A stretch of 64,000 nucleotides of DNA, taken from Auanema rhodensis. Its lineage: Eukaryota; Animalia; Nematoda. Shown here piece by piece: positions 14,036 to 26,168 of this stretch. The translations under genes were made by a program, and so were the position numbers. Each line of letters begins with the position of its first letter. The stretch's first letter is position 1. A model generated the notes under the pieces. The model saw only the letters and a program-made list of their open reading frames with translations. It was not told the DNA's origin and ran no database searches. Location: the NCBI GenBank assembly GCA_964057225.1, contig OZ059896.1, positions 14,322,001-14,386,000 on the forward strand, read 5' to 3'.

Positions 14036-14467
14036 ATTAATTTTTATTTATTTAAAAAATATATTAGTTTTGCTTTACATGTTCTTCTAGGACAAATAAA
14101 TTTTATTTGAAAAATGAAGGCTATGAAGTTTTTTGACACACAGGTTAATATTTAGATTATGAATTATCCAAGTGTTTTATTCCTTCTTTTTGTACAGTTT
14201 AGAAAAATAGTTTACACAATTTTTTTGAAATATCACCTTCATGAAACAAAGTACCAGAGCCGTTTGGAACTCCATGCGAATTTAAATGAAATGAAAGAAC
14301 TTTAAAGTTCAAACTCATTGCAATGCTAATGCAATAATTAGCTTAATTTTCTTAATTAATTCGGAATTATTACCATATTAATAAGTTTTTGAAAGCTTTG
14401 ATAGGTTTTTTTTTAATGGAAAAAGTTTTTATAATTTATATAGCTAAGCATTTGTTTTTATGCGTTT

Positions 14468-14606
14468 TAGTCTTGCCGCGATTAGTATATTTTAATAATG
14501 TCTGTACTCTCCTGGTTTAAAATACTATCTTGGCAGGGTCGATAGGAAAGCTCGAATGAAGTTATATTACTACAAGCTGTAGTCTCCTCATTTTATCGGA
14601 AACTTG
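14468..14606 (+). ncRNA. Possible H/ACA-like RNA upstream of rab-19
   Basis: Hairpin CTTGCCG/TGGCAGG with an upper stem TAGTAT/ATACTA and an H box ATAGGA 14 nt after the pocket. A second hairpin has ACTACA/TGTAGT, but there is no clean ACA box. Confidence 0.3.
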
Positions 14607-14832
14607 ATGTTTTGCTGATAAAGTGAAATTGTTTTGATTTTTTTTAATAAATGTCAGAATTCTTTTCAATATATATAATATACTTACTCTATTTTTATAA
14701 ATTTATGTAGATAGTTATTTTTAAAGCTGAAGTCTTAGTTGATTGGTGATACATGATTTGATGGTTTTGTTGATTTATATTTTTTTAGAAATAATTTAGT
14801 ACATTATTTTAACATCTTATTGATTTCGAAGG

Positions 14833-15744
14833 ATGGATGGTGATGATGGATTTGATTATTTATTCAAAATTGTACTTATTGGAGATATGGGTGTAGGAAA
14901 AACGTAAGTTGAGATGATTAAAATGAATGTTTTATTTTTTATTGCAGCTGTGTCGTTCAAAGATTTCGAAATGGTACTTTCGTTGATAGACAAGGGACTA
15001 CTATTGGAGTTGATTTTACGATGAAAACGTTGATAGTTGGTTTGTTGTTTATCCTTCAGAATGTTGCCAATAATTCATGCATTATAGATGGGAAACGTGT
15101 GAAATTACAAATCTGGGATACTGGAGGACAAGAACGTTTCCGAACTATCACTCAATCCTACTACCGATCTGCTAATGGAATTGTGCTATGCTATGACATA
15201 ACGTGTCGTCAATCTTTCAACAGTTTACAACGGTAAAGATCTTAACAAGCCTTAATGTATATCATCGGTTGTAGCTGGATTGATGATGTTTCAAAGTTTG
15301 CTGCTCCCAATGTTGCTAAGCTGCTTATCGGTAAGACTTAAATCACTCTAAGTATGAACGAAATAAATTTCAGCTACAAAATGTGACCTGGAAGAACAAA
15401 GAGTGATAAGTCCCGAAGAAGCCGAGCATCTTCAAAGAGCTAATGGTATTAATAAGATTTACAATAAACAATAAGATTCATATGTATTCATATGATTACA
15501 GGCATGTTTTCAACTATTGAAACCAGTGCTAAAGGAAATTTGAATGTCGAGAATGCTTTCTTAGAATTAGCAACTATTCTGAAAAGACAGTACGATCAAG
15601 GTGGAGCACAGGATGCAAGGTGCCATATCAATTGATTCTTTTCTTTGTAATTTTATTTTGATCTTCAGCATGGACTCCTTCCGATTAGGAGCTGGTGGAT
15701 CCACCCCAATAGGGAATCAATGGCAACAATGTTGCCGTTGGTAG
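14833..15744 (+). CDS. rab-19: Rab GTPase RAB19/43 family
   Basis: [55 protein letters not shown] and C-terminal CC. Confidence 0.92.
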
Positions 15745-15950
15745 TTTGTATATTTGGCCTATTCTCTTTTTGACATTGCTAAGTTTTTATATTCCGTAGA
15801 AGTCAAGAGAAGTAAACTGAAGATGAGCTGTTTCAGAACTACTTATTTGTCTCATGTTTGTAGATATTACTCTACAAATTCATCCATGTCTGTAAATTTG
15901 CCCGAAACCTTTAACTTTTCAGAAAAATTGGGTACTAAAATTCATTAATA

Positions 15951-16466
15951 ATAGGGATGTGCAAGAGTTTTAGCCCCCCATATGAAAATTAATACGGAGG
16001 TTCCACATTTTAGTAAAATGAAAAAATATTAATATTTTTTTTGATTAATTAAATAGATGTGAAATGTTTCTATTTAATACCCCCACGCCTCTAGTAAGTT
16101 CTATAAGATAACGCGGGTTCAATTCTCTAATAATCTCTTGATTGAAAAGCGTTTTTTTCCATACCTGAGCCAATTCATGACTCCATGTAAGGTCTTTGCT
16201 CTTTTTGGAATAAGGCCGGCACTATTTATTGAGGCTTGTTAGGAAATGGGGAAACCATGAATAGTAATCTTTTCTGTTGAATGAATTCGGAGTCTGTTCG
16301 CACAAACTACGTAGACACCCAGCAAATGTCTTCTTCTGTACAAACTCGTGAAACATGCACCCTATATCCTTGATCTCGCTCTATCTTATATTAGATACAT
16401 GAGGCGCTTTTTGGCTTCAAAAGTACGTATAGTGGGAGAAAGGCTTAGAACACTTGCACACCCTCT
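15951..16466. mobile_element. Degenerate non-autonomous DNA transposon (MITE, Tc1/mariner-like), tentative
   Basis: Imperfect terminal inverted repeats AGGGATGTGCAAGAGTTTTAGCC (from 15953) and, as reverse complement, AGGGTGTGCAAGTGTTCTAAGCC (from 16464). TA lies symmetrically just outside both ends; no ORF. Confidence 0.5.
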
Positions 16467-16988
16467 TAAATTTCATCTTTCATACTTTAACTGTATAATA
16501 ATTTGCACTTTCTTTCGAAGCTAGATATTTACATGCATCATAATTATTTGAAAAATAACTTAACAAGTCATGTTCAAGCATCTCATTTACAATATTGCTA
16601 TACTTACCTATGATTTCATTCTTGTCTTAGAAAAAGTTGATTCTCTAACACAGCATCAAAATAACTTAACCCTAATAAACAAAGTATTCTTATTGTTCTT
16701 TCTTATAGTTTGATTCATATTTAATAAATATTTCCATAATATCGTTATGTTAGATAGGACCGACACAAAATTAATCTCATAATATTGAATAGAAGTGAAC
16801 ATAGACAGAAGGATATTTTAATTTATGCTCTATTGATATTCGAGTACGTACGCGAGCTATACGCGAAGCGTAAAAATAGAATTCAGAGCAAAAATCGTTG
16901 TTGAAGTTCTGTTAAAATAGCGATTCCGTTTAAGCTTTATTCCTTTTTAAAATCAAATTTAAATATTATAAAATGTATTGTTTAGAAG

Positions 16989-18093
16989 ATGACTGATCTG
17001 TTATTAGATCCTGCTATCAGAACATGGGTTTTTGTGCCAATAGTTATTATAACTTTTATGATTGGCATTGTAAAACATTATATTACTTTGCTATTAATGA
17101 ATAAAAAGAAAGTAAGTTAAAATATTAATTAAATGCTTTTAAAGCGTTGGATTTTAGGTTGAGTTGGAAAATGTAGCCGATGCTCAGTATTTATTACATT
17201 CCCGCTTACTAAGAGAAAATGGACGTTTCCTACCTAAATCTTCTTTCAATTCTCGTAGAGCTTTTTTGGCTGCTGAAGATGAAGGTGAGTATTTTTCGAT
17301 TGCTTTTCTTTTTTAATTATTTTTATAAAGTTACTAATATTGACAACGGTAAATTTTAATTTATTTCGTTTACAACCGGTCTGCATGTGCGCTCTATATG
17401 AAAAAGAGATTGATTTAACTCAACGTTAACGCATATGCATTACTTTTTGATTAGTTTATCGTCTACGAGGCTTCGGGATTTAATTAAAAAATTTTGAAAT
17501 CGGAATTTACAGGCTATCTATCAAAAGCCATGCAAAGACCAAGCAGAAGCGCTAATGCTATGGATCCTACTCATATGACGGAGATGTTGAAAGGAAACAT
17601 GATGCACATGGTTTTGAGAACTCATGGGGAACTGACTAATGGGAACATATTTCAGGTTACTGTTATGGTTGTCGGAGGATGGATTAATTGGACTTTCTCC
17701 GGATTCGCTACCACTAGAATTCCATTCCCATTAACTCTCAAGTTTAAAGCAATGATGCAAAGGGGTGTTGATCTAGTTTCTTTAGATTCTGCTTGGGTAT
17801 TATTAACATTAGTTTTTCATGCTTTATTTTTCCTTAAGGTTTCTTCTGCTTCTTGGTATTTCCTGTGTATGTTTGGATTAAGATCTATTTATACATTAGT
17901 TCTCGGCGAGGAGAATGCAGCTGATCAAAGTAAAGCCATGGAAGACCAAATGAGTGGTAATTAAGTTTCTTTTATGATTTTCTAAAATATTTTCTGCTTA
18001 GGTGCTGCCATAAATCCACAACAGGATCCCAAGGCTTTGTTCAAAGCTGAATGGGAAGCATTACAGATGCATCAACACCAATTTGCTTTGTGA
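16989..18093 (+). CDS. emc-3: ER membrane protein complex subunit 3
   Basis: [19 protein letters not shown]..., [31 protein letters not shown] and [10 protein letters not shown]. Confidence 0.96.
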
Positions 18094-18230
18094 TAGCTTA
18101 AACTATATATGAATTCTAATTAGGACACAGAGATCTCCTAATTCCTCTAGTGTGCGTCAATTTTCGCTGTTTGTATAGAACTTTAATTTAATGAATGTTA
18201 TTCATATGATACAAGATAAAACATTATAAA

Positions 18231-18556
18231 TTAAGTAAAATCCAGAAACAGTTGGGCTATCACACGTTGTAGGTCTTCTTCCCTAATAACTGTACTATTC
18301 CGTTCAATGGCAGACTGTGCTGATCTACGAAGTGTTTCCTGTGCAATAAAATATAACAAATTCTTTTTTTAAAGGAACATACGTTCATAAAAACGTTAGA
18401 CAGTTGAGTTAAAAGAGTTAGAGCAGTGGGTGATAGATTAGATTTCCTGGAAAATTGGAAGTTTGATGGTGGTTCTCAGAAAAACTACCTTTTTCCTTTA
18501 CAACCAACGGTTACCATACCACGAACAGTAGATTCTTTAATATTATGAGATCCCAT
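18231..18556 (-). CDS. CENPX: CENP-X/MHF2 histone-fold protein
   Basis: 3 exons: IKESTVRGM...TALTLLTQLSNVFMNETLRRSAQSA...EEDLQRVIAQLFLDF. Confidence 0.85.
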
Positions 18557-18640
18557 ACTTGAACTGAATGGAACTTTCATATTTATAAGAGAAAACAACA
18601 AGGTAACAAGGTTAACAACCAATAACAAAGACATCGCCAC

Positions 18641-19191
18641 TTATAATAATTTTTCATAATCAGCTATAGATGTTAATACATAGTCCATATGAGCTCTAAT
18701 CTTATTTGAAACTTCTTCGACACGTTCTATTCTTTTTTCCAATAGCTGGAATTCAAATATACAAATCATTGTACACACATAGAACTTACTTCAATTTTCC
18801 TTTCAATGAATGCTACAGCTCTAGGTAATTTCAATTCAGCAAAAACATCACCTACCATCTTCACTATCACAGTTTCACAATTATCTCTGAAAACAAAAAA
18901 TATTTTTGATTTTAGTATCATAATCGTACATTTCAGCATTTGCAAATACATGATGTCCAAGGTTGAATCTTGTAGTTAACTGTTTGGATTTAGTTTCCTA
19001 AATAATATTGAAATATACAAACTAATTCTGCAGGAACACACCATAATCTTATTTAAAGTTACTAACAGAATTTCATATTCATGCCTTTCAGCAGCAATAT
19101 CTTCTTGCTCTTTAACAGATTTCAAGTAATCTGGACGCAACACTTCATATAGAAACTTCTTGAATTTCTCAATATCTTCGCCACCCGACAT
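18641..19191 (-). CDS. UXT: UXT prefoldin-like alpha subunit
   Basis: KFKKFLYEVLRPD..., TRFNLGHHVFANAEI and VGDVFAELKLPRAVAFIERKI (prefoldin alpha hairpin). Confidence 0.85.
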
Positions 19192-19411
19192 TCTAAAATT
19201 AAATTTGAACAGAAATAGAAACTTATTGGCAAAAACTGAAGATATATTTGAGAGGTTAACTTTCAAAAAAAAACAATAGCAGTAGATTCATAAGTTCTAA
19301 ACTAAAATAAATATTTGCAAAAAAACAACATGACAACTATAAAGAGATCGATGAACAAGACCAGAAAAATCACCGTAAAAATCAAAGACAAATTTAATAA
19401 AACATCTGATA

Positions 19412-21571
19412 CTATTCAATAGTGAAGTCAGCTCTTTGTAATGAAGATATTACCAATGAAAATGAGTTCAAAACTTCATCTATAACATGACGACTCTGAA
19501 ATTGTTTTATACTTAAAGTATTTCAGATAAGTAAGTAAAAATTACCTCACTTAACCTAAATGTGATGTCTTCCAAATGATGTTTTCCTTTCATATATGGA
19601 GCCATCCGTAAAAATAATTTTAAACGTCTTTCTACTTTACTATAACTTTCACTATCAAGCATTTGACAACATAGATCTTCCACTATAGGTTTAACTTCAT
19701 CCATTAAATCACCTTTAGCAATCATATCCTGAAATGAAATATTGAACTATTTCTAAGAAACTTCATCAAATACTTGCAAGTCACCCGGTAAGTCTTCGCT
19801 TGGTTTCAAAACATTACTATTCGAATATGGCGGAAGAATATAGCAAACTTTGTGTAGTTGTACAATTAACTGATGTCTTAAAAGAAAAGCTATTTGAGCT
19901 ACATAATCAGAATGCTCGAAATGTTTTGGCTGAAATTGTATCAATTAAAGCTAGTAATAGAATCGAGCAAAACATACTGTTTTACGGATATATGATTCTA
20001 GTGTAGCAGGAGGATTGAAATATGATAAGGCGGTGCCCATATGCAAAGTCGAACCAAACTGCTTTTCCCATGCAGTAATTTGTCTGCAAAAATACTTATA
20101 TAATCTTAAATACAGTAAGACTTGCCTTTCTATGGGACGAGGTCTAGTGGCGGAACTGTAATCATTTTTACTACTAATTGGATATATAACAATAGCTCTA
20201 GCCCACAAAAGAAGATGTCGAACAATAAGGAAGCACTGCAAAGCCAGATGATTAGTTAAGAATAATTTGAAAAGAAGCAACTTGATTCAAAGGTATGCCA
20301 CTTAACACAGATATATCAGAAAGACCTATGTTAGGTGTGGAATGTTTCATGAATAAAGCAACAGAAGGGTTTCCATCAGGTGTTGGCCAAGTATCATCAA
20401 GTAACAGAATTCCATGATAAGGTCTGATCATCTCAATGAGCTTGTCAATCTCAGCTCTACTTTTAGGAGCTAATTGAGCTTGAGCTAATGCACGAGACTC
20501 AACACAATATCCTACTTCTATGAAATCGTCAACAAAAACCTTTAAAAAGAGGTTAATATTTTAAAATTATTACAGAAAGGTTACCCGTACTACTCCAGTG
20601 GTACAAATATCATAATAAACTTTAGACAACAGCGACGCCAATGAACATCCTGTTCGAACCTAAATGATAAAATGCGACAACCGTCTGTTGTTATCACAAA
20701 CCTTTTCCCAAGGATTTTGTAAATTTAAAATTTCGTCTGGACATAAGTTCTCAAGATTATCTAAAATTTGACGCATTTCCATTTCCTAGGGAAAAAAATT
20801 AGCTATGTTACTAAACTTAAAATAAATTACTTGTGTACCAAAATAACCATTTAAAGTTTGCAAAGAATCAATTGCTAAAGAAAGTTTGTGACTTAGAGTC
20901 TGAAAAGTCTATATTAAGAAAAAAGTTCGAGAATGCCTCTCACTTGAAAATTTTGAACGACATGATCTTCTACATATGAAGGCATCACAAATACAATTGA
21001 AAACATTTCAGAACAAAAATAATCATGTGATGATCTTGCTTCGCATACCGAAACCTTCAAAAAATTTCATACGATATTTAGAATTGAATGGTATCGTAAC
21101 TGTTTTAGGAAAACCGGCAAACCTATAGTTATCAACTTTTAATTCAAATCGCTGATCATAAGATTCTGCTTTTACACATAAAATGTTTGCCAATATCGAT
21201 GAAGTAAGTCTTAAAACGGTTTGTAATAATCACTTTTTTTAAATACAAACCCGAACTGAGTTAAAAAGGAGTCAGCAAAATTTGAAGTGGATTCCCTGTA
21301 AGTTACATTTAAAAGAAGAACCGTATTTACAAACTAACGAGGCAGTCAGTTGAATAGGATCACTATCTTTTTTCACTGACACAGTAGAATTATTTGGGAC
21401 GGAATCACTGTCTAACAGATTAATATTTATGAAATATTCGGGTGTATCTTTTATACCTTCTTGGTTAATAACCCTTTGAAATGGGTGCATATACAGGAGT
21501 TTCTCACCACGAGTTCCTTTAGTAACCAGTAAAATTGCTAACAGAATATCCTGATCTTCCTCTTCCCACAT
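19412..21571 (-). CDS. nprl-3: GATOR1 subunit NPRL3
   Basis: LLAILLVTKGTRGEKLLYMHPF, RFELKVDNYRFAGFP, IRPYHGILLL, VRHLLLWARAIVIYPI and YMKGKHHLEDI; one GC-AG intron. Confidence 0.9.
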
Positions 21572-21775
21572 TGCTATATAACTCAAACTTTCACATTTGA
21601 GAAATTTGAATACAAATTGACAGATATGTTAAGTAAAGGTTTAACTACGTTGCCAAATTTTTCATTAAAAAAGATTAAAAATGAAGTTTATGAGAGCATG
21701 GTGCAAAGCATATATACAATTGACTAAGTTAAAGCATGAGACCATATAAATCGAAAATAATATATACAAAGAGTA

Positions 21776-22832
21776 TCAGTCCAGTTCTTCATCAGTGGAA
21801 TATTCCGAATCGCTGACAACTCGTCCTTTGTCCAAACTTATACGTTTCCTGTACATGAAATAAAAAATCAATAAGTTTTTCACTATATATTCACATTAGT
21901 TTTTGTTAGAATATAATTTGTGCATTAGAACCTGATTAAGTTGGTTGTGTTACAAATACAAAACAAAAAATAATATTCATCTAACTTCAGAAACTTACGT
22001 TTTGAGGAATCTTCTCAAAGTAGCAGAATCATAATCCAATCCTAGGATTGTATTTAATTGAACAAAGTTTCCAACAAGTTGGCCATTTTGATAGAATTGG
22101 AGTGACGGTATAGCTTTTTCAGTCTGAAAACATTAGCACACTTTATTTTTAGAAAGCACTTTTATAAAAACTTACAAAAGCTTTAGACATTCCCAAAATA
22201 GTACTGCGAACTCTTACAAACTTGACTTCGGGATAGTCGCAGGCTAGCACTTTACAAACATGGGTTATCTTGTTACAAGCTTCAATATCAGGTTCATACA
22301 ATAGAACACCCAGAAGCTGATCACGACATGAATCGATGATACTAGTGAATTGATGCTAAATTTTTATATTTTACAGTATTCAAGGATTTCAATGTGATAC
22401 CTTTTCAGTTAACTCGGCCATTCTACCCTGGGCAGCTTTACGAAGCTCTTTCAAACGCCGAGCTCTCAAGCTTTCTAAATCTTCTTCATCAGAATCTTGT
22501 GCTGCCAATTCTCGTTCTTCGCGGGTTCCAACTAGAGTTCCTCGTTTAGCTTGTTTAATCAGCTCTTTGGTTTTCTGTTCCTTTTCTCTCTTTTGCTCTT
22601 GAACGAACTCTTTGTAATCATTTAGAACACCCTTTGGTCCTGTATTTCCAGAACCTCCAAACCTGTTCATTACATTAGCCTGATATAAGATAGCAGTGAT
22701 AAAATTTAAAACAAAGCACAAAACCTGGTGCCGATCCTCATCGTTAGCAACAGTCCAGGGTTCATCTTCACCATCAGAACTACTACAGTATCCTGCACAC
22801 TTCCCATCCAACAACTTCGACTCCAAATTCAT
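21776..22832 (-). CDS. PDCL: Phosducin-like protein PhLP1
   Basis: GYCSSSDGED, NTGPKGVLNDY and a thioredoxin-like C-domain (LACDYPEVKFVRV, AIPSLQFYQNGQLVGNFV). Confidence 0.9.
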
Positions 22833-22954
22833 ATCTACATATATTTAGAATGATACTTTCGAAGATAAACAAAACAAGATATAACAAAGAGAATTAACTC
22901 CATCCGAATAGACTAAACACAATATGAAAAAAAAAAACAATTTTATAATCTATC

Positions 22955-24771
22955 TTAATTTTTTTTAATATATTTCTCAAACTCTGTAATTTTTTCTCTT
23001 ATCTTTCCCCTCTCTTTCCCTTTGGATTGTTCTTCTTCATCCATCTCTTTCCATCTTTGCCATGAAATATATGGAACGTTTTTGTCACTTAACAACTTTT
23101 GTACACCACTTTCTGAAAATAAACAAAAAATTTAAATGGCCCAGTTATTGAAAACATACTTCCAGTTCCTTTAACAATGTCTTTCAAAATTTCACTGGCT
23201 ACCACCGCACTTTCTTGTTGCGTATCAACAATGACACCTTTGGGACCATGAGCACACCATCCCGCAGCATAGACTTTAGAGTTGCAATCCATTTGCACTC
23301 GGCAGTCATCTTTCATATTAATCATACCCTTAACCAAAATATTGTTGAATATACAGATTTTTAAACCGGAACCTTTTGGTTTTTGGGAACACCATCAAGA
23401 ACTACGGTTTCGAAACCGATGCTATACACTAACAAACCGCAAGCATGTTCTTCAATATCATTAGTTAGAGAATTTTTAAACCTGAAAGTAAAAACATGAT
23501 AAAAGCTAAACAAGTTCCTTATTTACTTAACAGCTGTGACTCTATTTTCATTATTTGCAACTACTTCTATTGGACTACGATTAAACATAAATTGGCACTG
23601 TTTATCACCTTGAGCAGGACGAATTCCATCTATTAAAACCTGTTAAAATGTTAATAAGAGACTGAAAATCAGCAATGATTAAACCTGTAATAATCTCTTC
23701 TTTCTTCTGTCTTCTGTTTGGACATCAATTTTCAATTGTGCAGCTGTTTCTTCATCCAAATAAACAGAGGTATTCCATGAATTCACTTTGAACTGTTCTC
23801 GAAGTTCTTTGACTGTGAAAGAGATCTGCAAAAAAAAATAGAAACGGCAAAAATTTTGAAGAAAACGAACATCTTTTGGACCACGTCTTCCTATTATTTT
23901 AATACTATTCAAAGCAGAGGATTCCAAAGATTGAATATAGTCCGATGGAACATCAGTTGCTCGAAGTACGCTATTTGGTCCGGCACCTTAAATTTAAAAG
24001 ATGAAAAAACACTTTCAAGAAGCACAACAGACCGGCTGACAAAATTCTAGCACAATCCAAAGCCACATTACCGTTACCAACAATAATGACATTTGGCGAA
24101 TCGAGCAAAGGTACTCTCGCATTTGGAACACCACTATACCAAGATACAAAATCAGAACCCGAAAAAACATTGGTTGAATATTCACCTTAAGGAAAAACGC
24201 TATCATGAAAAATTACAAAACCAAAATACCAGGAATTTTTAATTGCCGAGGCCTATGTGCTCCATATGCTAACAAAACCGCATCATAATTATCTGTTAGC
24301 TCTTTCATTAATATGTCTTGTCCGATTCTCCAATGAAAAAACATTAACAGAATGGATGTGTCTAAACTTACTTCACATTACAAAATAATGATATTCTCTC
24401 TTTATTATTCTCAAACATCTTATCAAAGCCATGTATACAGTTCTTCACCTGAATAAAAATCTTTTTCTTTTCAAAATTATTTTTATCGAAACCTCTTGAT
24501 GATCAGGTGCAACACCGTACCGCACTAGACCAAAAGGAACAGGGGACGCATCGAAAACGTCAAGCTTAGCGTTTGAGCGTCTTATGAGAGATCGACAAGT
24601 GAACAAGCCTTCAATTATTTCAAATTAGAAAAGCTAATTCTTCTGAACATACAAACCAGCAGGTCCACTGCCCACAACTGCTATTCTGGGAACATTTGAG
24701 GAAAAAAATCTATTTGTGGGAGAGGCTATGGAAACTCGAGAATACAATAATGCATAGCCTACTTTATACAT
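22955..24771 (-). CDS. FDXR: Mitochondrial NADPH:adrenodoxin (ferredoxin) reductase
   Basis: [50 protein letters not shown] and [14 protein letters not shown]. Confidence 0.95.
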
Positions 24772-24917
24772 GCTAAAATAATAAGTAAAATATTTTAATC
24801 CTTTAGCATCGTAAGTATATTTATAGTGTTGACTATATAAAATAAATAAAATCCAAGAAAAAAAGTAATCCAAAACTTTTAACACAATAACCCAAAACCA
24901 ACAACAAAAATAGGAAT

Positions 24918-25429
24918 CTAAGAAGCAATGTGACTCAGCGTTATTTTCACAGCTGATAGTGGACGGTCACGTTGTAAAGCTTCATATTCATCACTATAAG
25001 GAAACAAATCGTCAGTCACCTAAAGCACATTTTAGTTTTCAGAATGAATACTCCAGTAATACCTGAACTGTTGTAGTTTTCATATCATAAACAATAGCCC
25101 CGTTGAATAATTTAGAAACATTTAAAACAAGCACTAAGGCACGATTTAAAGAAGCTCCCATACCATATACTGTTACCTAGAAGATAGAACTCAACTCAAA
25201 TTATAAGATAGACTGTAACCTCATTTGCTTTATTCAGTAATGCATCTTGAATCTTTTGCGATTGCGAGGCAACATTAGTCTTTCTGAGATTAACTTATAT
25301 CTTATTACAGAAAATGAACAATTACTTTGTCACATAAAATACGCTGGGATCTGAAGTGATGGGTGTGGAAACCTTACGCCTCTTAACCTCATATTCAGTC
25401 GAATTTACTCTTCCACTAGTCGATGCCAT
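24918..25429 (-). CDS. POP7: RNase P/MRP subunit POP7/RPP20 (Alba fold)
   Basis: VKRRK...VFYVTKKTN...EVTVYGMGASLNRAL...TTTVQVTDDLFP...RPLSAVKI; 4 exons. Confidence 0.9.
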
Positions 25430-25438
25430 GATAAAAGT

Positions 25439-25747
25439 TTAGAAAAACAATACAATAAAGGCCATACAAAAGCAACTGGCTCCAATCCAAGGACTTAGTC
25501 TTTCACCGATACGAGCTAGTTTCCAGAAAATACCCAATAATCTGAAAATATTTGAGGATTCCTAAAGCAATATAACTTAGTAACAAACCCCTCCTTATTA
25601 CGATCAATTAAAGAAGGAGCAAACGCACGAATATAAGCGCACGTACAAATAAGCAAAAGAAGAACGCTTATTAAACTTTGAAAATTAAATATAGCCGACT
25701 AAAATTGAAAATTTTCCCTATTCTTAAACTTATAAGCAACAAACCAG
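25439..25747 (-). CDS. TMEM167: Protein kish/TMEM167, apparently CUG-initiated
   Basis: (M)[24 protein letters not shown]...[20 protein letters not shown]. Exon 1 ends in CTG (25747-25745), directly before a 46-nt GT-AG intron. Confidence 0.9.
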
Positions 25748-25929
25748 TGTGACAGATTTATTCCCCTTGAAAAGGAGACAGGTATTCTGAAAGTTAATGG
25801 AATACTCTCGCGATTTAAACAAAAATTAAAACACTAGAGACTTTCAGAAATTTGTACTTATACTTATATTATATCTTTATTATTCAAAATATATATTAAA
25901 ACTAATCTATATTTAAATCAGCGATTGAT

Positions 25930-26015
25930 TTGTATTTTGTACGCCAACATATACTAAAGGTAGTGTGAAAAAAAGTCTCGACACGATTACCATTTACAGT
26001 ATCTCTTGTTAAAGG
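25930..26015. promoter_or_regulatory. Bidirectional promoter (kish operon / RPLP2) with m1m2-like motifs
   Basis: TCGACAC followed 10 nt later by TACAGTA and then TTAAAGG, plus TATTTTGTACGCCAACATAT. These resemble CERP2/CELE2-type germline promoter motifs known from C. elegans. Confidence 0.5.
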
Positions 26016-26168
26016 TTTCAGACAAAATTTTTAGATTCCACCTAAAATTATCTGCAGATAGCAAAGTCTCCAATAAGTTTCTATATTGTGTTTACCTCAA
26101 TTCACTTTTCTTTTTCTTGTATTAAGAATGTGTAATGTGCCTAGTCTATCGTAGTAGTTGTAGGTAAA

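Noticed and set aside
16667-16675. TAACCCTAA, resembling a vertebrate telomerase template
   Set aside because: It is a single 9-mer in AT-rich unstructured context and matches TTAGGG rather than the usual nematode TTAGGC; a chance match is likely.
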